From the NCBI GenBank assembly GCA_964035575.1, contig OZ037836.1:1674001-1738000 (forward strand): 64,000 nt of DNA, written 5' to 3'. Both the position numbers and the translations under genes were made by a program. The stretch comes from Rhynchopus sp. YZ270_cl-10. Its lineage: Eukaryota. A model generated the notes under the pieces. The model was not told the origin of the DNA and did no database searches. It saw only the letters and a program-made list of their open reading frames with translations. This document shows, piece by piece, positions 53,701-59,714 of the stretch (its first letter is position 1; every line of letters starts with the position of its first letter).

Positions 53701-55805
53701 AGCTCTTCCGGAAGATGTGCCTGGAAGCTGGACAGTACTGCTTCGACGAGGACCCTGAGCTGGCGAACGACTGGGTGTGCCACTGCACAGACCCTTACGT
53801 GCAGGAGGCACCGGGCATCACGGAGCCTGCTGTCTGTGTGATTGACGAGTGCCTGGTGACGTGCCCGACGTGCGCAAGGAAGGGAGACGGCCACGGCTAC
53901 GCCTGCGAAGGACAGCAGTGTGTCGACCCGTCAGGAACGGAGCTTGGGGACTGGCGCTGCGACTGCCTTGCCCCTGCCCTGGGCGCTGGCCTGCAGGAGC
54001 GTGCAGTGTGTGTGCAGGACGAGTGTCTCGACACACAGAACTTGCAGACGTGCACAGACAAGGGACAGGAGTGCGTGGACCTGCACCCAAGCGACACAAG
54101 CCTGAACGACTGGGAGTGCCACTGCGTGCGACCGGCCCTGGGGTCGGCCATTGGCCACGCAGCAGTGTGCAAGATCAACGAGTGTTTGACGGAGGCACAC
54201 ATGCAGCTGTGCCACGAGCAGGGGCAGATGTGCTTCGACCCTGACACAACAGCAGAGTCGACAGACGACTGGATCTGCAGATGCCCGGCCCCTGCTATTG
54301 GAAGTGCTGTCATGAAGCCTGCGGAGTGCGTCTTTGTTGGGGAGTGTGCGAAGCCGGAGATTGCAGCTGTGTGCATTGCAGTGGAGCAGACGTGCGTCGA
54401 CACGGACGTGGCACAGGACGGGACCTGGGTGTGCAGCTGTGTGGCACCGAAGACAGGGACGAACGGGCTCATGGGCCCTGCGGAGTGTGGGATTGACGAG
54501 TGCCAGGCTGAGTGCAAGACGTGCGAGCAGGACGTGTGCAAGGAGGCCGGACAGGACTGCTACGACCCAGACGTCACGGTTGAGGGTGACTGGATGTGCG
54601 CATGCAAGGGCGGCACTGGGGACAAGACCACGGCGGCTCCAGCAGTGTGCACGGGTGTTGTGTGTACGACGCTGGGTGCTCAGGAGTGCACAGCTGCACC
54701 CGAGTGTGTGTACGAGAGCTACTACGGCCTTTGCGACTACGTCAGGGGGGCACCTGGGTTCAGCCGTGCACCCGTGACAGATGCTCCTGGTCGGACACTC
54801 TCGCCTGACACACAGGTGCCATCCACAGCAGCACCACGCACGCTCACGCCGTCAACGTACTCACCTGATGACACAGTTGCACCACCTGGGTTCAGCCGTG
54901 TGCCCGCGACAGATGCTCCTGGTAAGACACTCTCGCCTGACACACAGGTACCATCCACAGGAACACCGCACACGCTCACGCCCTCACCTGATGGCACAGT
55001 TGCACCACCTGGGTTCAGCCGTGTGCCTGTGACAGATGCTCCTGGTAAGACACTCTCACCTGACACACAGGTGCCATCCACAGCAGCACCACGCACGCTC
55101 ACACCATCAACGTACTCACCTGATGACACAGTTGCGCCACCTGGGTTCAGCCGTGTGCCTGTGACAGATGCTCCTGGTAAGACACTCTCACCTGACACAC
55201 AGGTACCATCCACAGCAACACCACGTACGCTCACACCATCAACGTACTCACCTGATGACACAGTTGCACCACCTGGGTTCAGCCGTGCACCCGTGACAGA
55301 TGCTCCTGGTAAGACACTCTCACCTGACACACAGGTACCATCCACAGCAACACCACGTACGCTCACACCATCAACGTACTCACCTGATGACACAGTTGCA
55401 CCACCTGGGTTCAGCCGTGCACCCGTGACAGATGCTCCTGGTAAGACACTCTCACCTGACACACAGGTACCATCCCCGACAGCGCAACCAACGACAGTGC
55501 CGGACACGTCGCCACCTGCAGGGTCGATGTCTGGTAGCGCTGCCGGTGCTGGGGAGGAGTTGGACGCCGAGAGCGACGGGGGTGGGTCTGCCGTTGGTCT
55601 GATTGTGGGTGTTGTGGGTGGTGTGCTGTGTTTGTGTGCGGCTGTTGGGGGCGGCTTGTGGTACAGACACCGTGCGAGAGAGTCCACCAAGTTTGACGAT
55701 GCGCACGCACTTGAAAATGCAATGACATTTGATGATCGACAGCTGTATGATTTTGGAGGCGATGAGTTGCAGGCAGCGGAAGAGGACGAGGCTGTGCTGC
55801 TGTGA
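35721..55805 (+). CDS. Giant (~6694 aa) type I membrane protein: Cys-rich modules, 4 vWA domains, Pro/Thr hinge, long EGF-like array with kringle-like inserts, mucin stalk, TM, acidic dileucine tail
   Basis: 20-kb uninterrupted ORF with signal peptide MPRLMYMREVVLLSAAVASHAA. Four DIAF(V/L)LDGSGSM MIDAS motifs with downstream VVIIADG. P/T hinge at about 42510-42710. Dozens of DEC..C..GQ.C.D..DW.C.C units. TM at about 55590-55660. Ends EEDEAVLL. Confidence 0.93.
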   Translation: MPRLMYMREVVLLSAAVASHAACTDYGTDATACGADAACLWSPVWYPGLCTEDPCRVQVGSSDCGTTSVEMPATVCQAPSGDPDFCTVEVCQYDLALSPRCHVKNCLFFTQGTCGGSCKWETTADVSDKRPAEQMSYCVEDHCAGQGSQTACEGQNGCKWRGRSCGMTDCANHADEKDCDHDLSCHYDNAAGFCKTTVCAPTTSSVDCKADNACMWNDYDKVCVPKTCEKYNLPTADRCACADDPDCKWHIGASGSYCVDPLYDACPDLDIAFVLDGSGSMSRSFGSHAHGFYGLLEIMRDWMQTVPLTGDDHTMGANIDSKGKGFRITFIQFSKAGARPDEDHPSGCAIGACTGGHLSGRRDELNGDIDWHEDNYQSQWTYLHAALQDVADNTFTASQSPSWRDHVVIIIADGGITDNDGDACCPWACGDRRCMDRNWRSTYPAALEQAQQDLRDENVQVFGVVMRRYPQHTFQDDNAEAKLTPLVTEPSADHFMNLMLDEIKDEMLLKLCDPNSVFGKTLAKPAVTSACLAKSQAHCESTSYCVYDVALGSCTESVCFPLCDEQNCIANDACQWSAADGRCDPKPPGCTALSQTECKNDPTCLWDAVWNKGDNCVENPCIKVDGPTACNGHVEPVQTCTADAQNPDKCDLETCAYDAATNKCEVKKCLEDEDGRCTANTDCEWVKPAGSPTTTTPSTLVGYCDEKICTTTDQGVCDADPLCKWDTNTCVTSECAKNRNEKDCDQNPKCHWDLTLDPQGCKEEPCQLLTDTAMCTGSPDNCMWTDTDTCVPKNCDHYTAKCDCEKDADCSWHHGPGGSYCSVPRYSNCPDLDIAFVLDGSGSMSRSFGSHAHGFYGLLEIMRDWIKDVPLTGDDHTMGANIDSKDAGFRITFIQFSKAFATPAEDHPTNCAIGACTAGHLSGRRDELNGDITWHENNYQSQWTYLHDALQDVADNTFTASQSPSWRDHVVIIIADGGITDNDGDACCPWACGDRRCIDAQHRDEYKGMLVTAQQDLRDENVQVFGVVMRRYSQHTFQDDNAEAKLTPLVTEPSANHFMNLMLDEIQDEMLLKLCDPNSVFGQVLVAKESECVGNLAEAECTADKACVWDTTVCKNSECYLHCEEQTCLTNPACAWNNGQCEEDPGCVKHTDSTACKNDPKCLWDAVWKKGDNCVDNPCVDVAKDDCAAVGATVDPCTPPNGDPDFCKLDVCHVTTGDVCEVKKCLEDEDGRCTTNTDCEWVPANPLPTNPPTSTTVGYCDEKTCTTTDQGVCDADPLCKWDADKCVETPCAQHKNEKDCGQDGTCGWVATQDPQVCVEHECVVHDSTMLCEADDNCMWANVLGKDQCVPKTCEKYDFKCDCEKDADCKWHHGQGSAQCVVTAYDTCPDLDIAFVLDGSGSMSRSFGSHAHGFYGLLEIMRDWIKDVPLTGDDHTMGANIDSKGKGFRITFIQFSKADATPAEDHPTNCAVGACTDGHLSGRRDELNGDITWHENNYQSQWTYLHAALQDVADNTFTASQSPSWREHAVVIIADGGLTDYDGDACCQTRCGDRRCVDRSFRSTYPAMLDTAQGQLRSEDVTVLGVVIRRFSQHTFQDDNAEAKLSPLVTAPTSDHFMNVMLDELKEAVLMKLCDDTSKFGQALARSTGCPQFLNEQDCKLDKACAWGATTAGVCGDSVCYAYCGEVDCTQNPRCQYDPTNKICTEKERCPYKNRADCKDSKNCLWDVVWGKDTCVDNPCVDPRDEDACHDVLATVPNPCTPPAGNPDYCDLDVCLFDKTGDLCEVQKCLHDSQDRCENDDECEWNPPSTMPLPTGPPSTLISFCKPKECAHTTQDLCLSDDVCEWKNGVCIEDECVKLPDEKECHANPKCHMDTSTVPAKCKKTECAKWDAQVPCNNDMKCMYNDNVCVPKTCEKHGARCGCQEDPDCAWHHAGAQSACTSPHFDACPDMDIAFLLDGSGSMQRRFGAHAHGFYGMIELMRDWVKTVPLTGDDHTVGANIPQNTPGMRVTFIQFSKADARPDEDHPTNCAVGACTDGHLSGLREELFGDLDWHEAHYQSQWTYLHDALNDVADNTFLATQSPPYREHVVVIIADGGLTDYDGDACSNGCGKWYGKDRYWQARYQDSLLEGQQKLRDEGVTVFGVVVRRYAAHTFADENAEVKLKPLISDPRDEHFMNVEMDNLKMDVLDQLCEKSSTFGKIIAKTLATCADLVGQAACEGDDGCVWTDPTCSKSVCYDLCTEEKCDTNPLCTWTAPNAPNECTLTPLTPVPPTPAPATLAPPTPVPSTAAPPTQPPATSAPPTPAPPTDAPETPAPETIPPTAVPTPSPPVDECADAATKKVCEDAGQTCVDPDQQHAWDWKCVCPPPSTASLVRAAAQDCMFDECSLYSMTCQSVGQRCVDPEKEKPDSWKCECVPPQTLVGTSVVGKPAICKDPPGDCETLGDICHAAGQSCSPAATTHGQKVVCVCIPPATGTPGQHVPAVCELDECVAVCPTCAQTDSSPKNKCEEAGQDCEDLGLGHLSLGDWQCKCRTPYTGTQVTAPAVCELDECKAVCPTCASTAQGAQNLCEEKGQTCVEKSLTTTSDWECHCVDPKVGTALTAVADCEEDECRTREQICVGAGQACVDADHKAASSWKCVCPPPSNSTQVAGAAVCEVDECTLADIKKVCEDSHQVCVDTDITSLGNWECHCVAPAHGTAPQHAVASCSLDECAVKCPTCADKDNGGGNVCTAAGQLCEDPQPTHTNLNDWLCKCPPPSTKTAVTTTVADCRDGFDECVERSDAVQCKHTPRYSLDGCLCACGWTSDEYKQTEPCTDGCCNPMHEKSSWCLVDTADDYNRNKPHCLAASKQFCLSAGQVPADGGRPLRDTIPGIPNGQTNVCTDVGQRCVDPDEKTEKDWWCECVLPKSGPKGLQSPAVCEEDECVTYGAVCTNAGQKCVDADHSATMNWQCECVVGPPKTGAQGVAVCEIDECIEICPTCATDNGMTVCAEAGQTCLDPNTAGTSLSDWTCTCPPPSQGTAVGGPVAKCLLDECVEMCATCAQGTCGDQTCEDPDQSPTSVNDWRCVCLPPSNIVAIGNRATCAVDECDGKVCTLGQHCYDPDLTAPDTWQCECVAPATGTQLMGNATCEEDECQEHEEVCMRAGQSCTDRNKQVHDNWLCECIAPDLGLPGAQKPAECKPSEECKDNTLCSGAGQHCVDPNAAVLDDWECQCIAPLTGTPVTKGVADCMIDECLAVCPTCARQTGATTQVCELHGQTCEEPDTKTLNDWRCVCVLPATGTPGVTAPANCLLDECVATCDSCAMNTCSDKGQLCEDPNTDPKYKRDWLCKCVPPSTNTMTAGAVATCMYDECSAPGNKDVCGTDQLCVDTNQGEEGTWECSCPAPYSGSAAQAAVGKCSLNECTTKCSGCADKDNGQGNVCTREDQTCVDPDIHNDGDWYCECKVGTGLAVGKPVVLCVLDECAVACPTCADTGGGNLCTKEGQTCKDVNTAADSKGDWECRCPPPFEEKFVKAGLAVCSVDECADMLGGKVNGAVCVDNGQLCHDSHLDTLNDFYCVCPPPRHGTKTGAPAECVKDECLLHEDVCKGAKQTCLDIDTQVDNNWECLCAPPSSSTQLMGAAVCEVDECVENRRICEGASPPQVCVDVDRTRDDDWECRCQVPASGTAVAAAAACVLDECVATCATCEKDLCTGAGQTCVDPNTALGSQNDWECVCPVPSSVTAKVSVAECPVDECVGHGYVCQAAHQTCVDPDHGATSLGDWECHCLAPATGVAIAGVASCSVDECTNHGHVCTGHGQTCVDPDRSADVLHDWECHCEPPATQTAVAAAAECVHEGECKDPVKAGVCESRGQICEDPDMTILDDWRCLCTPPSHGLLNVAGPAFCILDECVDSCATCAKDVCKSAGQMCVDENKDPVLGLNTWECRCIAPSSGSKVAGAAVCVEDECSSHASTCTGAGQDCVDPSTTTKGDWRCECRLPSTGTATAGAAKCSTNECDFHEKTCSDVGQVCYDPDLSAQSLGDWNCTCVAPYSGTQVGAAAKCLMDECELYGQVCTAAGQTCVDEEKDMKGFWKCVCPPPNNKVKRNMGVADCIVDECTTWTNTSTPSAMPSNDARAVNLCEQAGQVCEDPNHDASSAGDWTCTCPPPGNRTARAHVAACDVDECADPAKEAVCAAKGQRCVDPNWEPGHEGDWTCVCVPPSVGTGMQAAAVCLVDECKTDGGVCQSGGQLCVDTDHAEAGTWACKCVEHAGVTASELGGLADCNPPSSECRIDAIREVCTSSNQGCYDPDLKAHNDWVCECVPPATGPQKQGEATVCVLDECAEECPTCGKSVCAAVGQTCTDANTDAASLRDWVCTCPTPMTGSKKGGVAVCQLDECAAVCDGCPSDICTAAGTQCLDTNKDTRSSGDWECVCRAPALGRVTQGVPVCLIDECEQNAYKCTNGQTCADANKLAASEGDWTCTCPPPTSGTAVASAAVCFENECLVDANVKTCTAAGQVCIDPTPQPTNKGDWECHCAQGNTFAVAAAAVCVLDECAEQCTSCADSGGGNVCAKAGQLCTDPNTSPESTRDWKCQCAAGSKAALGGPATCEVDECWQPSNFGAHTCHGTPRTTVDGCACQCGWQVQDAAQYPGAHGPGIEVGCLAGCCNPNVVASGAWCLLEPVQTTAVCQDLVTAGEMVQTCAVLASGVAPANPENVCSRAGQLCVDRDTSATSLGDWQCECVAPAIGYPSVGKTGSCVVDECEANGQVCSLVGQLCKDMDKTSENTWTCVCPSPATGSATGKAATCVYVGECETASIAEVCAQMGQTCYDPDASVTGNWVCKCVEPSTGVPALMTTATCVLDECTAECPTCADKGFGNLCDVAGQHCVESSTSPANVEDWMCKCVGDAVGESVASVAVCMLDECKMNNGRLAQLCGAGGQTCNDPNKAVLGGLDDWECVCPPPQIGHMTGKLATCLRDECMEEDVAVVCTAAGQTCQDPNTDARSTGDWTCACSAKPGDTPKVAVGEPAKCVLPPSSWCVQHGDTCTFVGQTCVPAWHFLDAGSCACIAPQTGPTKVGSETVCILDECTAVCATCADHGAGNMCTKAGQMCQEGSMNPVTGKGDWRCKCAGSDMSAVAAVAMCTVNECDTDLKAKVCAAAEQTCTDKNTAGDSLNDWMCACHEPWTGSKMLGAADCKFDECLFAGSECTALGQTCFDKDTSAQVRGDWECRCVAPAEGFAVAKAATCVYTGECEVQANVEVCTSAGQTCVDPNPAVADDWECRCVSPQAGSHTKAAVAVCTLDECRATCASCATKPGSQTHTCASAEQDCVDPDTAATSIADWTCVCRASASGEMVGAAAVCSVDECYNAENRAACSRVKDTTGAEVQHCVDKDYTKTGDWVCECMYPYHGTAGQREAAVCLVDECTAPEAWSKKPNGNAVCGAQGQTCLDPQQGVASELGNWVCQCADGTGEPNRGALSTTCKQDTLCAQFGSACGPLEMCVEKDDTWSCRCIAPFVGEAVEEAASCVLDECVAECTTCAQQGSVHMCTQAGQKCVDHDKSPDSRSDWSCVCEVGKGEAALHMAECMVDECVLNGVTCEGKGQECVDPDMHAETSGDWVCQCIAPASGKAVAGPATCLLDECNLYGGKCTVVGQVCIDQNTAPASLNDWTCNCPAPASGFMYAGPASCTYTGACKDAANFDVCADAGQRCFPGNSSADDFRCGCMPPYRGSAGVRAPAQCMIDECEDICATCARTSEKGVNVCAGAGQRCEDPNLSVQSLGDWVCMCQAPSTTAAVARAVDSCLVDECLAITMTGARKCDNFKRYTNDGCECACGWKVSGISGSGAGLDEPCNTGCCNPDKAKEGDWCIVADSAFNKQSAVCTALISKQKTCANERAPAPAGAPVSEFVDVCAAAGQRCYDPNHSPSVQGDWECHCTTSEEYHILAPAKCSVDECQQVTVCSEVGQKCFDKNTDAESKGDWECQCLSGSGAKDMAAAECVYEGHDECQIELFRKMCLEAGQYCFDEDPELANDWVCHCTDPYVQEAPGITEPAVCVIDECLVTCPTCARKGDGHGYACEGQQCVDPSGTELGDWRCDCLAPALGAGLQERAVCVQDECLDTQNLQTCTDKGQECVDLHPSDTSLNDWECHCVRPALGSAIGHAAVCKINECLTEAHMQLCHEQGQMCFDPDTTAESTDDWICRCPAPAIGSAVMKPAECVFVGECAKPEIAAVCIAVEQTCVDTDVAQDGTWVCSCVAPKTGTNGLMGPAECGIDECQAECKTCEQDVCKEAGQDCYDPDVTVEGDWMCACKGGTGDKTTAAPAVCTGVVCTTLGAQECTAAPECVYESYYGLCDYVRGAPGFSRAPVTDAPGRTLSPDTQVPSTAAPRTLTPSTYSPDDTVAPPGFSRVPATDAPGKTLSPDTQVPSTGTPHTLTPSPDGTVAPPGFSRVPVTDAPGKTLSPDTQVPSTAAPRTLTPSTYSPDDTVAPPGFSRVPVTDAPGKTLSPDTQVPSTATPRTLTPSTYSPDDTVAPPGFSRAPVTDAPGKTLSPDTQVPSTATPRTLTPSTYSPDDTVAPPGFSRAPVTDAPGKTLSPDTQVPSPTAQPTTVPDTSPPAGSMSGSAAGAGEELDAESDGGGSAVGLIVGVVGGVLCLCAAVGGGLWYRHRARESTKFDDAHALENAMTFDDRQLYDFGGDELQAAEEDEAVLL
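36519..42320 (+). repeat. Four ~1.68-kb intragenic repeat units, each containing a vWA domain
   Basis: ccggac(c/a)tggacattgcctt starts at about 36519, 38208, 39882 and 41562. Units 1-3 are highly similar in DNA across the vWA core; unit 4 is more diverged. Confidence 0.92.
54750..55474 (+). repeat. Coding minisatellite (~120-bp units), same family as 33540-34300
   Basis: About six units starting gcacc(acc)tgggttcagccgtg...gacagatgctcctgg. Confidence 0.92.
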
Positions 55806-56336
55806 TTTCTTTCTGTGGTTGGTGTTCGTGATGCGTCAGAAACACGACTCTGTTCCAACGATTCTTTCCTCTTTTTTTTTTTTTTTTATTTTGTACGAGT
55901 ATGCAATACGTCTGGAAATGAAAGACGCGTTCTTCGGTTACCATGAGTCTTACCGTTTCCCCTTCCCCCCTTTTGTGCTCCACCTCTCCCCCGTACTTCA
56001 GGACGCGGGTTGTCGGGGTATTTCGGGACTTTTGGGGTTTGAAAAAAAAAATGGATGGATGCGATCAACAAACAACAAACAACGAATAAATAAAGAAGGG
56101 GGGGTATTTCATTTTTTTTCGAAGCAGTCATGCAGACGCTATGCTTGTGAAAGGTGCTCCCCCCTTTCCACATAAGCATTTCCACCTCCCCCCCCACTCC
56201 TCTTTCGTTGTCTCGTTTTTGTTTAGTTTTTGTTTAGTTAATACTTTTTTGACATCAGTGTGGCTGCCATGAAGACAGTCGACACACGGCATATTTGTTG
56301 GCTTTGAAAAAGGAAAAATTAAAACACACGTAAATT

Positions 56337-56402
56337 TGGTGTGGCTGAAGTGTGGGGTGATTCGCACTTTTTCCTCACTTTTTCCGTCATTCAGACGCAC
56401 CA
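56337..56402. mobile_element. TGGTG...CACCA element with 5-bp TSD (copy 3, 66-bp minimal form)
   Basis: tggtgtggctgaa / ttcagacgcacca (11 of 13 match). TSD aaatt at 56332-56336 and 56403-56407. Two internal cactttttcc direct repeats. Confidence 0.8.
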
Positions 56403-57952
56403 AAATTGCTATCGAAAAAACTGGGTGTGTTCCTGTAGACCTGGGGAGGCTCGATACCTATATGCTATATGTCTAGAGGCGGACTCGGCGTGTTCCAGCT
56501 CGTGGTTGTCCACAGGCTCCCACTCATCGTCGGGGCAGTGCGAGCAAGGAACAGAGCGTAATGGACATGCAATGGTATCCGAGAGTCCAAAAACCCTATA
56601 TTCCTACCCAAGAAGAAAAAAAAAATACCAAGTACGCAACAACTATGCAACAAGTACGCAAGAAGTACGCAATATGGGGTCGTCGGGAGTACCCCCCTCG
56701 CCCTGTCCAGTTTGATGTGGAAAAAAAAAAAGTCGGGCCTTGGGCTAAGTTGAACTTCCCAAGATTATTGCATTTTTGAGCACTTCGGGCATCCTAGGAA
56801 TATGTTTTTTTTAAAAAAAGCCATTTTGCGGCTATTGTGGCCGATCAGAGTAGTTTGCACTTTCAACTGCTCCGATAGTGCCATGTAGTTGCTTCTGCGA
56901 TGTTTGCACCTCTTGTGTCTGCTCCAAGAGTACATAATGCTGCTCACTTGAAAAGAGACTTTTGGTGTGACCCCTGCCCCCTCCAGATTCCCCGTTTTGT
57001 CCCCAGACATCCTCCCCCTGTTTTGGATACGGAGTCCCTTTATGTTGCCAATAAAAAGATTTGTATTTCTTTTCCTTATTTTTAAAAAAAAGCCCCCTCC
57101 AGATTCCCACGTGGTTCTCCGGTACCTCTCCCATGGGTTCTAGCAGGTACCCGGACCCACATGCACGATTTACGTTTCAAGCATCCATTATTTTGTAGTA
57201 AACACGTAGTATTTGACAAAATGCTCGAGACCCTCGTGAAAAGTCGCGCGTTCTGCGTCTTCCACCTCCCCGCTTGTTTTCCCCCTCTCTTTCCCCCCCT
57301 GTGCTCCACAACATTTTCTGTACTTCAGGCAAACACATTCAAACAGTAAATCTGCGTATTTACCGTTATCAAGTCGAGAAAAGAAAAGATATAATTGATT
57401 GGGGGAGGGAAATGATTCAAAAGGAAAAAGCGTGAGGACAAATTTACCGTTGGCTAATCAAGTTCAGTTTCTAATAACACTGCGTGTAAGCAAAAAAAAA
57501 TGTGGAAGCGAACAACAAACAACCTAAATTTTTCCTCTTCCCGTTTTTATCCTTTTGAGCATCTGTAGCGTCTGTAGTACAAAGGCTTCGGCTAAAATTG
57601 AGTACAGACCCTAGGTTCCCCAAGCGGGTCTTTAGGCGATGGGCTACATTACAAAAAAGAAAAAAACTTTTGTATTTTTGTGTATTGAACTATTCCCTAA
57701 CCAAAAAAAACCTGAAGTAAGAAGGTACCTTCAATGTTCACATCGGTTTACTTTGTTCACCTTTGTGCATAAAATATTTTGCTTTACTTTGTCGGGTTTT
57801 GCGCTATTTCTCTTTTATCTTTTAAATTTTAAGGTACACTGTCACAAGCGGGCTTTGTATTTCAAGCCATTTTTTCCCCTTTTTCCCTTCCATTTTTATC
57901 ACAGTTTTTTCCAAACTCCATTTTACGCCGAAGTGCGTTTTTTTTTTAAATA

Positions 57953-58797
57953 CAGACCTATTCACATAAATTGTAATTTGTAATTTATAGGCCTTTTTGA
58001 AAAAGGGCATTTTTATTTTAAATAACAGTTTTTATATTACAATTTTCAAAAATAGTAATTTTATCGCCCTCCGCCCCCCCTTTTTTTTTATTTTTAAATT
58101 ACAATTTTCACGCTTTGTAATTTTCGCAAACCCGTAAAGCTAGTAGGCGTGTTGAACGTATTGGCACGTGAGCCTACAACGCCTTCCCTGTTGCTGCCGC
58201 GTACTGCGGTTTCTTGTTGGTCCACTCAGCGGGGTTACATCCCTGTATATTAGACGCGAGGGGATATGCAGACAGCACATATCGGAATCAATGCAGAGAT
58301 TGTGTGAAGAGACGTCTTCTTTCGCTTCTGTTGCAACGTCAGGTTGCACAATATCAGGACGGCAATGATCGTGAAACTTCATAATATTATGAAGTAATAC
58401 TTTCCCCCCCCCAATCAACTATGTCGATTATTGAGTCACATTTGAACGGCGTGCAACTTGCTTATGATGCGGTCGTGCTTTGAAGCTCTTGTGCGAGACG
58501 AGATCTGGGCTTTGGAGGTTTTGGTGGGCCTGAACGAAGGTGATCTCCGGGATGCAGTGATGGAATTTTGGGAGTTGGTGCAATCAACGATAAAACCTTT
58601 TTTCCCCTTTTACTTACCTATCAGGGTTACTATTTTTATATTACAATTTTGCCACTTTGTTATTTTATGGGTGTTTTTGGGTTTATTTTAAATTACAAAT
58701 TTATTTAATTGTAATTCAAAATAGTAATTTTTGCATTTTTTTCGGGGTGAAAATTTATTTTTTATTTTTATTTTTACTATTTTTGTGAATAGGTCTG
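57953..58797. mobile_element. Tc1/mariner-type non-autonomous element (TA TSD)
   Basis: ta|cagacctattcaca ... tgtgaataggtctg|ta. AT-rich subterminal gtaattt / aaattac motifs surround a more GC-rich core. Confidence 0.85.
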
Positions 58798-59714
58798 TAG
58801 GTTAAACGAAGGCAGTCAACGCAGGGAAAGAATAATCAACGATGTGATACAGGATATGGGTGGTTCAGAGACTCCACGGAACCGACACCATTGATGTGTC
58901 TCAACCAAAACCAAAAATCAAATTTTAAAAGAGAGAGTTTTTTGAAGTAAAGGAAAGAAAACAACTTACAAACCCTCCCCTGTTGTGTTTCCCGTTTTCC
59001 CGTGGGTGCAGACAGCTATTGACACCTGTATTTAGAGCTTCAGTTTTACATCGTGAAACTGAAATGGCTATCACCCACTCCCACTCAATGGCCTCTGCCC
59101 CTTGTGGAGAGACGTGCAGGCTGTATCCCCATCCACACCACAGTCCACCCTGCCCCCTTTTTCCCATTTCTTTAATAGCCGGGGTCCGTCTCTTGACTGT
59201 AACCCAGCAAAACACCTTGCTTTGTTTTTGCTGGGTTATCTCCTGGGGGCGTTCAATGAAATCATTTGTGTAGAAAAATTTCGAGGTAGGTTTTATTATT
59301 TGCCGGGTAGCATATTGCAAAGGCGAACAACACCAAAAATGCCAAATGTCTCTGGAAGGCTTCTTTGTCATAAAAGGCGCTACGAAAGAGATACGTCAAT
59401 ACCTGGTGTACAAAAAAAGAAACAAAACGGCTTCGGTCACAATTAAGTGCAGACCACGATTATGTCATTTCAGTGATTGTCGACGAAAAATGGGTAAAAA
59501 AAAAAAAAAAATAATAAAACCTACATCCTCGAAACTTTTCTACACAAATGATTTCATTGAACGCATCCCCTACTCCAATTCAATTCAACACAACTGTAGC
59601 TTATTCCCTCTCGATCCCGTACTTAACCTCGTACTATCAAGAGCACAAAGGCCGAAGGACATAGAGTAAGGAAAGCTTTTAACTACAGGGAGGTGTGCGT
59701 CATTTAGCTGTTAC

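Noticed and set aside
58140..58420. Tc1-like NPxE-W motif on the minus strand within the TA-flanked element
   Set aside because: Only a few residues match and no other DDE motifs are recoverable.
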